From assembly GCA_030390025.1 (NCBI GenBank), contig CM059432.1, positions 153,576,001-153,640,000 on the forward strand: a DNA stretch of 64,000 nt, given 5' to 3'. The notes beneath the pieces were generated by a model. It was not told the DNA's origin. It saw only the letters and a program-made list of their open reading frames with translations, and made no database searches. A program made the position numbers and the translations under genes. Below, piece after piece: positions 58,182 to 64,000 of this stretch. The number at the start of each line of letters is the position of its first letter. Position 1 is the stretch's first letter. Source of the stretch: Squalus acanthias. Taxonomy: Eukaryota.

Positions 58182-58874
58182 GGGGAAAAAATTGGGTTGC
58201 TGTGCGCCTCCCGTTAGCATCCCGGGGGGCGCTAACGGGGCGCAAAGCCCCTAGCGCCTGGGTGCGGCGTCGCTGATGCCTCCCGCGTAATTCAGCGGGA
58301 GGTTAGCGCCGACGGTAGCACCCCGCGGAGCTGCGCCTCCGCCGATGACGTCATCGCTGTGTGCAGTGCCCCGCTCGCGCCCCGGCCGCAAACTTTGGTC
58401 GCGCCCCCTGACCTGCCGCCGGACGCTATGTCCGACAGGGTCAGTGCGGTGTTTTTGCGGCTGCGGCAGTCCAAATTAAAGGGCAGGTTCCAGGCGGCCA
58501 TTTTTTTTGGGCCGCCTGCCAGCAACTGCCCCCTTGCGCTTCTTCATGTGGGGTGCCGGCCGCGATCAGTCAGCCCGGCACTCGAGGAGTGCTGGGCTGT
58601 TTTCCCGGTGGTCCAGCAGGGCCCCAGTATGCGCTGTGCTAGGCCCCTCCCCTTTAATCAGGGGAGGGAGGCCTGTAATATCGCGGCGCTACGTGCCGGC
58701 ATGCGTGGCGCTGTTGCACGTAGCGCCGCGATATTGAATGGTAGCACCCCAGGAAGGAGGGGGAGCGCTTCCAGTAGCTCCGCCTCCTGCTTGGGGCGCT
58801 ACCACTCAATTTATGGCGCAGGGGCGCTAACTCGAAGTTAGCGCCCCAAAGGGGGCGCCACCAAATCTTTCCCC
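58182..58874. mobile_element. GC-rich MITE nested in an older palindrome-rich MITE (~57980-59240)
   Basis: Ends GGGGAAAAAATTGG / CCAAATCTTTCCCC; left end shares GCGCCTCCCGTTAGC with the 46264 MITE. Confidence 0.7.
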
Positions 58875-61299
58875 CACATATTTAAAATTAATTAAAATGT
58901 CATTTAATTAAATATTTTTAACAAAAATTTAATTTTTTGAGAAAAAAATGTATATGTTTTAACGGTGCTAAAAATAAACTTACCTCATTGGACAGGCTTT
59001 TACCAGGCGTAAGAATTTCACAGGCATTCAGCGGGCAGAAGTTGGGCAAATAGCGCAACTCTCCACCTGCAGAGGCCCATCTCCCGGGGATGCGGAGGAT
59101 CTGTCAAGAAGATTCTTGACAGATCGCAAGTTCCGGGTTTTAGCGCATGCGCTTCGCATACCTAAATCCTGAACTTGCGCTGCCCCTACGGGCGCGTACA
59201 CACCTCGTTCACACCCATAGGGGTCGCAAAATATGGCCCATTATTTTCAACTCATCATCCAATTGCTTATCAATTCCCATAATTTACTCTGTAGTCAAGG
59301 TTATTAGTCAGGCATGATCGTCTCAGTCTGAATCCATCATCACAATTCTTCTTTTTCTGTATTTTATCAACACTAATATGGTCAGTCCTACTATGAACTC
59401 TATTCCCTTTGTTTGAAGTCCAAATGCTCAGTCCTGCACAGTCTTCCTTCTCCCTACACTCTCAGTGTGCTAAAATCATGACTCATTGCATTGTCTTATG
59501 CTGCAACTCATTTCCCAGGACCTAAAAACTGTGGACCTCCTTACCTCACTCAATACTGCCTACCTCCCACAATCCTTAGACTTTTATAATTCAAGTTTGG
59601 CATCACCTGATCACTACTTCTTGATTTACCTCCTCTCTTTTACTCGTTTGGTAGTTTCCTGCAGTTGGCCATTTGCTTTGGTTTCTCAATACTAAACTGC
59701 CAATTAATTATTATTGTGAACAGTGGTGCAATTTGTCTGCAACCACTGCAACATGGAAAGAGACGTGTGGGATGAGGACACTCAACATGAAACTCAAAAG
59801 TCCTTGAGAGAGGGGGGAAACATAAACGTCAAATTGAAAGATTGAAAGGTAAACAGTCATTCTTCAAATTATATTTTCCACATGCACTGAGGGCAATTTT
59901 TGTCAGCTGGCTGCCTGCTTCTCACCTACAAAACAGGCGGTTAACTGAAAATTTGAAGGGGGCACCTCGGCTGCCCCACTGACGCCCAAGGCCTGCCTGA
60001 AGCAAAATTTAGAGGGGCCTGTAAATTGGCCAGTAGCTCGAGACATTTCTGATAAAACGCTATATAAATGTGTCTTTCTTTCTCTGTCCGATGCTGTTTC
60101 TCATCATTCATTTTTTTCGATCAGAGGCCAACAGTTAGCATTTTTTTCCCAATATGGCAACTTAAAAGCATTTTGTTCTGTGCAACAAAATATGTGTTTT
60201 CCCCACAATCTACTTGTAATGCTCTTTTATAATTGAAACATGGTTTTTCGGTTGTTTTTTTACAAAATACAATTTGTCTGATGTGGGCGTTTTCCCTTCC
60301 GAAGTACAAGTTGTCTATTCCTTTTTCTCAACCATAAATTGGTTGCTCCAATAACAACTACAGCTAACTGCCAGAATATCATTCTTAATCTACAATTAGC
60401 AGAATACGATAGTCAGTAGGTTGAGAAGTTTATTTAACTCCAAATGCATTTCACCCACGTATAGTATACTGCCTTTTTCCCCCCTTTGCCAATCCTCTTC
60501 TGAAGCTGTTGACTCCTTGGTGGATAGTTTCAGAGCCACTGACATTTAAGGAAGTGAGGAAACAATCTGTGGACAATCTCAGGAGGCCGCTTGATGTTCA
60601 CTGCACTACAGAAATTGGTCAAAACTCGAGGAGACAAAATTTCAGATATACTGGTGATTGCAGGGATGCAGGGTACGTGGAGAGATGTGGAGAGTGCAGT
60701 TGGACCTTGGAAAACTGAAAATAGTGGAACAATTTTTCATAAACCTGTATGAGTTTGCACTTACTTTTAATAAGTATGTTTGAATTGCTTCCTTCAATTT
60801 TTGCACTATTGATGTGAAGCTAACAGGTCTGTAATTCTCAGTCATGCTTTTTACTTTATTTAAAAATTGCAACAAAAATCAAAGACAAAGGTCTTAACTG
60901 GAAGATGCCAGTGAAGGCTGCTGTAACACTTCATATACAAATGGAGAAAGGAAGGATTTCAACAGAGTCACTTTCTTGAAACAACATTATCAGATGTCTG
61001 ATGACAATGCAGTTCAGCACCAGGCTGCCCACAGATAAATATTCACAGACTGACAGAGCAGCAAAAGAGCAGCTCACAAAATATAACTCCAAAGGTCAAT
61101 CAATGAGAATGGGTGACAGGACATGGCGTTCCTTGACTTGGCAACCTGATAGCACTTTCCCCTGTCATTGACCCCATGTTAAATCACAGGGACAGGCTTC
61201 TTTACAGACTCAGGACAGGTGTCCGTGCCAGTGGAAGCACAACAGGGCTGCCCGTCACAATCTAGTGGCAGAAATCGAAGAAACATTTTTAAGAATGCT

Positions 61300-62350
61300 C
61301 CTTCGGGAACAAATAGCCCTTGGTCCCTCTGGGGCTGGTCCCATATATTTCCAGTATCGATGGGGCCTTTATGTGGTCTGAGCAGCCATAGGTCTCAGTA
61401 AGTCTATCAGGTGCTGGGCTGTGCATAATTCCAAATCAAATTGCAGCCCCCCACTCACCTGGTTGGGCTCCAGTTCTGCATTCCACTACTCCTGGAATTT
61501 CAGGACCTTTAAGATTTAATTGGAAGTAATGAAGTATGGGATGAGGAACTGGGATGGTCACCAGCACGCATGAGTTTAAAATGCATATAGTCCAAATGAA
61601 TAAACAAGGCAAATATAACATGGGGAAGGCTGATGGAGAAGGCAAAGTGCTAGAAGTATACAATCCAAAGGGCAGACAGCAGCTGCTCGAGGACTGATTT
61701 ACCTCCCAGCCCCGTATGTTGTCGGAACTTCTGCCTGGCATGTGCCTGTGCCCTGCCTCCAGCCTATTTCCTGAGTTAGAGTAACTTATATACTTTGGGT
61801 GGGCTCCTTGCTGGATTTCCAGCTGCATAGGGAAGCACCCAACATGGGAGAGATGGAAATCACTGTTGAAGTCCTTGAGAGATTGCAACAGGGTAGTGTG
61901 ACCAATGGCCTCTGGAGCAGCTGATTTTTTTTTAACAAATTGGGGCATAAAGAGTGTAACCAATCACCATGCTATCGCTCAATCTTTCTTGGGAAATTTA
62001 AAATTTAAACCCTCCCTTCCCACAACAACACTATGTGCCAGGAACACTCCTAGCAACCAGCATTGCTACGACACAAACCACAGGAAATAACTGTATGACA
62101 TATTATTGTCGATTGCAATTGATTAAAATATACCCACCCATATATTGGATGCCTGCCATCACTTCCAGCAGGAAATTCCAAAAGTGGCAGGAATGCTGGA
62201 GAGCTTGCTGAACAGCTGGGTGCCCACTGGACCGTGGAGCGTGTAAGAAATTGTGGATTGAAAGAAATAATAGTCTGTTACGGGTGTCTCTTACAGGCGT
62301 CAGAATAATGCCAGAGTAAAATCTGCTCCTCAATACAGAGATATATAGAA
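61300..62350 (-). pseudogene. Possible highly decayed Ngaro/DIRS (tyrosine-recombinase retroelement) RT fossil
   Basis: Ordered degenerate motifs IHNFLHAP, AIGHTTLL..KDFNSDFHL, CLPFGL, ILHYF recall DIRS/Ngaro RT (IHHLSAP, GRGALLAKADIKSAF, CLPFG, LHYLDD). Confidence 0.4.
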
Positions 62351-62944
62351 GAGGTGTGGAAATGACTACGGCTAACAGCGGTGCTTGACCCCTCTGCACT
62401 GTTAATGAGTAACCTGAGGGAACAGATCTAGAAAAAGGTAATTATTCTGGAAAAAAAATCTCTTTTGAGTTTGGAAGAGAACATAAGAAAGCATAGAAGG
62501 AGAAATAGATATTTGTAATCAAGTCTGTTCCCTTTATCGTCCACGTGCAATCTGCTATGTCACTGGATCTTTCAAACTTACTTCAACTCCCAAAGACCAG
62601 TGCAGAAAAGTTTCTCAATACTTGGTTAAATTGAGAACATCTACATCATTTATTACTGACCAGTTTGCTTTACTTAATATGCCACTTCCATGGTCCCAAA
62701 AGCTCAGGAGCCATCACATCCCATAAAACACTTGATCATCTCTGCAATAATTGTATTTACCCATAGAAGTCTTAATCCCATTTATCAGCAGTTATTTATG
62801 TAGCTTTAATCCCAAAGTGGTGACTGCTGTCGCATCAGTGTCTGGATAAGAGATTTGTATCAATGGAGGCGAAGAACATGGTGACACTTGACTAACTGAG
62901 CATTGGGCAGTTACACTACCTCAGTACTCCCTTCTTGTGTTTGA

Positions 62945-63850
62945 AACTGAGACGCAGGTTAATAAGGCCATAAAAAAAGCAAATCAAGCACTACAGTTTA
63001 TTTCTAAAGGGATAGAATTGAAAAGTAGAGAAGTTATGCTAAACTTGTATCAAACCTTGGTTAGGCCAACTTGGTAGCACTTGTGTACCATTCTGGTTGC
63101 CATATTATAAAAAGGATATACAGGCACTGGTGAAGGTGCAAAAAAGGTTTACAAGAATGATACCAGAAATGAGAGGTTATACCTATCAGGAAAGGATGAA
63201 CAGGCTGGGTCTCTCTTCTCTTGAAATGAGAAAGCTGAGGGTTAACCTAATAGAGGTAATTATAATTATGTAAGGTTTTGATAGAGTAGACACAGAGAGT
63301 GTTTCCACTTGTGGGGAAGAGCAAAACTAGAGGCCATCAATATAAGATAGTCACCAAGAAATCAAATAGGGAATTCAGAAGAAACTTCGTTACCCAGAGA
63401 GTGGTGAGAATATGGAACTCGCTACCACAGGGAGTGGTTGGGGTGAATAGTATAGATGCATTTAAGGGTAAAAAAGAAAGACTTGCATTTATATAGCGCC
63501 TTTCACAACCACCGGACGTCTCAAAGCGCTTTACAGCCAATGAAGTACTTTTTGAAGTGGAGTCACTGTTGTAATGTGGGAAACGCGGCAGCCAATTTGC
63601 GCACAGCAAGCTCCCACAAACAGCAATGTGATAATGACCAGATAATCTGTTTTTTTTTGTTATGTTGGTTGAGGAATAAATATTGGCCAGGAAGCTAGAT
63701 AAGCACATGAGGGAGAAGGGAATAGAGGGTTATGGTGATAGAGTTAGATGAGGAAGGATGGGAGGAGGCTCGACTGGAGCATAAACGCCAGCATGGACTG
63801 GTTGGGCCGAGTGGCCTGTTTAGGTGCTGTATATTGTATGTAATTCTATG
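62945..63850 (+). mobile_element. CR1 3' fragment split by a SINE
   Basis: Homologous to 9240-9695; continuity GCATTTAAGGG|GAAGCTAGATAAGC across the SINE. Confidence 0.88.
63469..63690 (-). mobile_element. 5'-truncated Deu-domain SINE inside CR1
   Basis: Near-identical to 16785-17000. Confidence 0.85.
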
Positions 63851-64000
63851 AAGTCTTAGGAGTCTTTACTTGTTGGGGCTTCCATGAAAACGCTGACAGA
63901 ATTGGTAAACTACAAATTCAGGAATACACAGGGAAACACCAATGTGATCTCAGAAACAGGTGAGCCTCCCTCCGGCCGATGCATATCTTAAACACAGAAA

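Noticed and set aside
30122..64000. Further upstream SUGCT exon (WGTAHxSIVPYQ-type)
   Set aside because: Not found by eye; probably beyond the window in a long intron, but a tBLASTn is needed to exclude it.

Overview
Eukaryotic, repeat-dense intronic DNA, very probably from a cartilaginous fish (inferred from CR1/HER1-like LINEs and SacSINE1-like Deu-domain SINEs). The window lies inside the SUGCT (succinyl-CoA:glutarate CoA-transferase) gene on the minus strand. Three consecutive internal exons (72, 98 and 103 nt, all GT-AG) splice in frame. The introns hold: (i) one essentially full-length CR1 LINE with ORF1 (Zn-finger + SGNH esterase) and an uninterrupted ORF2, whose 5' UTR is built of monomers that each contain a complete splice cassette; (ii) three large decayed PIF/Harbinger transposons (transposase plus a convergent, three-exon Myb/SANT-like gene), fragments of others, and many Harbinger-type MITEs, several with 3-bp TSDs; (iii) a Charlie/Buster-type hAT element nested in a Harbinger, whose interior looks like captured CpG-island/first-exon DNA; (iv) two ~210-240 bp palindromic inserts with 12-14 bp TSDs and minimal hammerhead-ribozyme cores (Penelope-like); (v) many CR1, L2 and SINE fragments, minisatellites and a probable Ngaro/DIRS fossil. 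All coordinates were read by eye. Family names come from remembered motifs, not from database searches.
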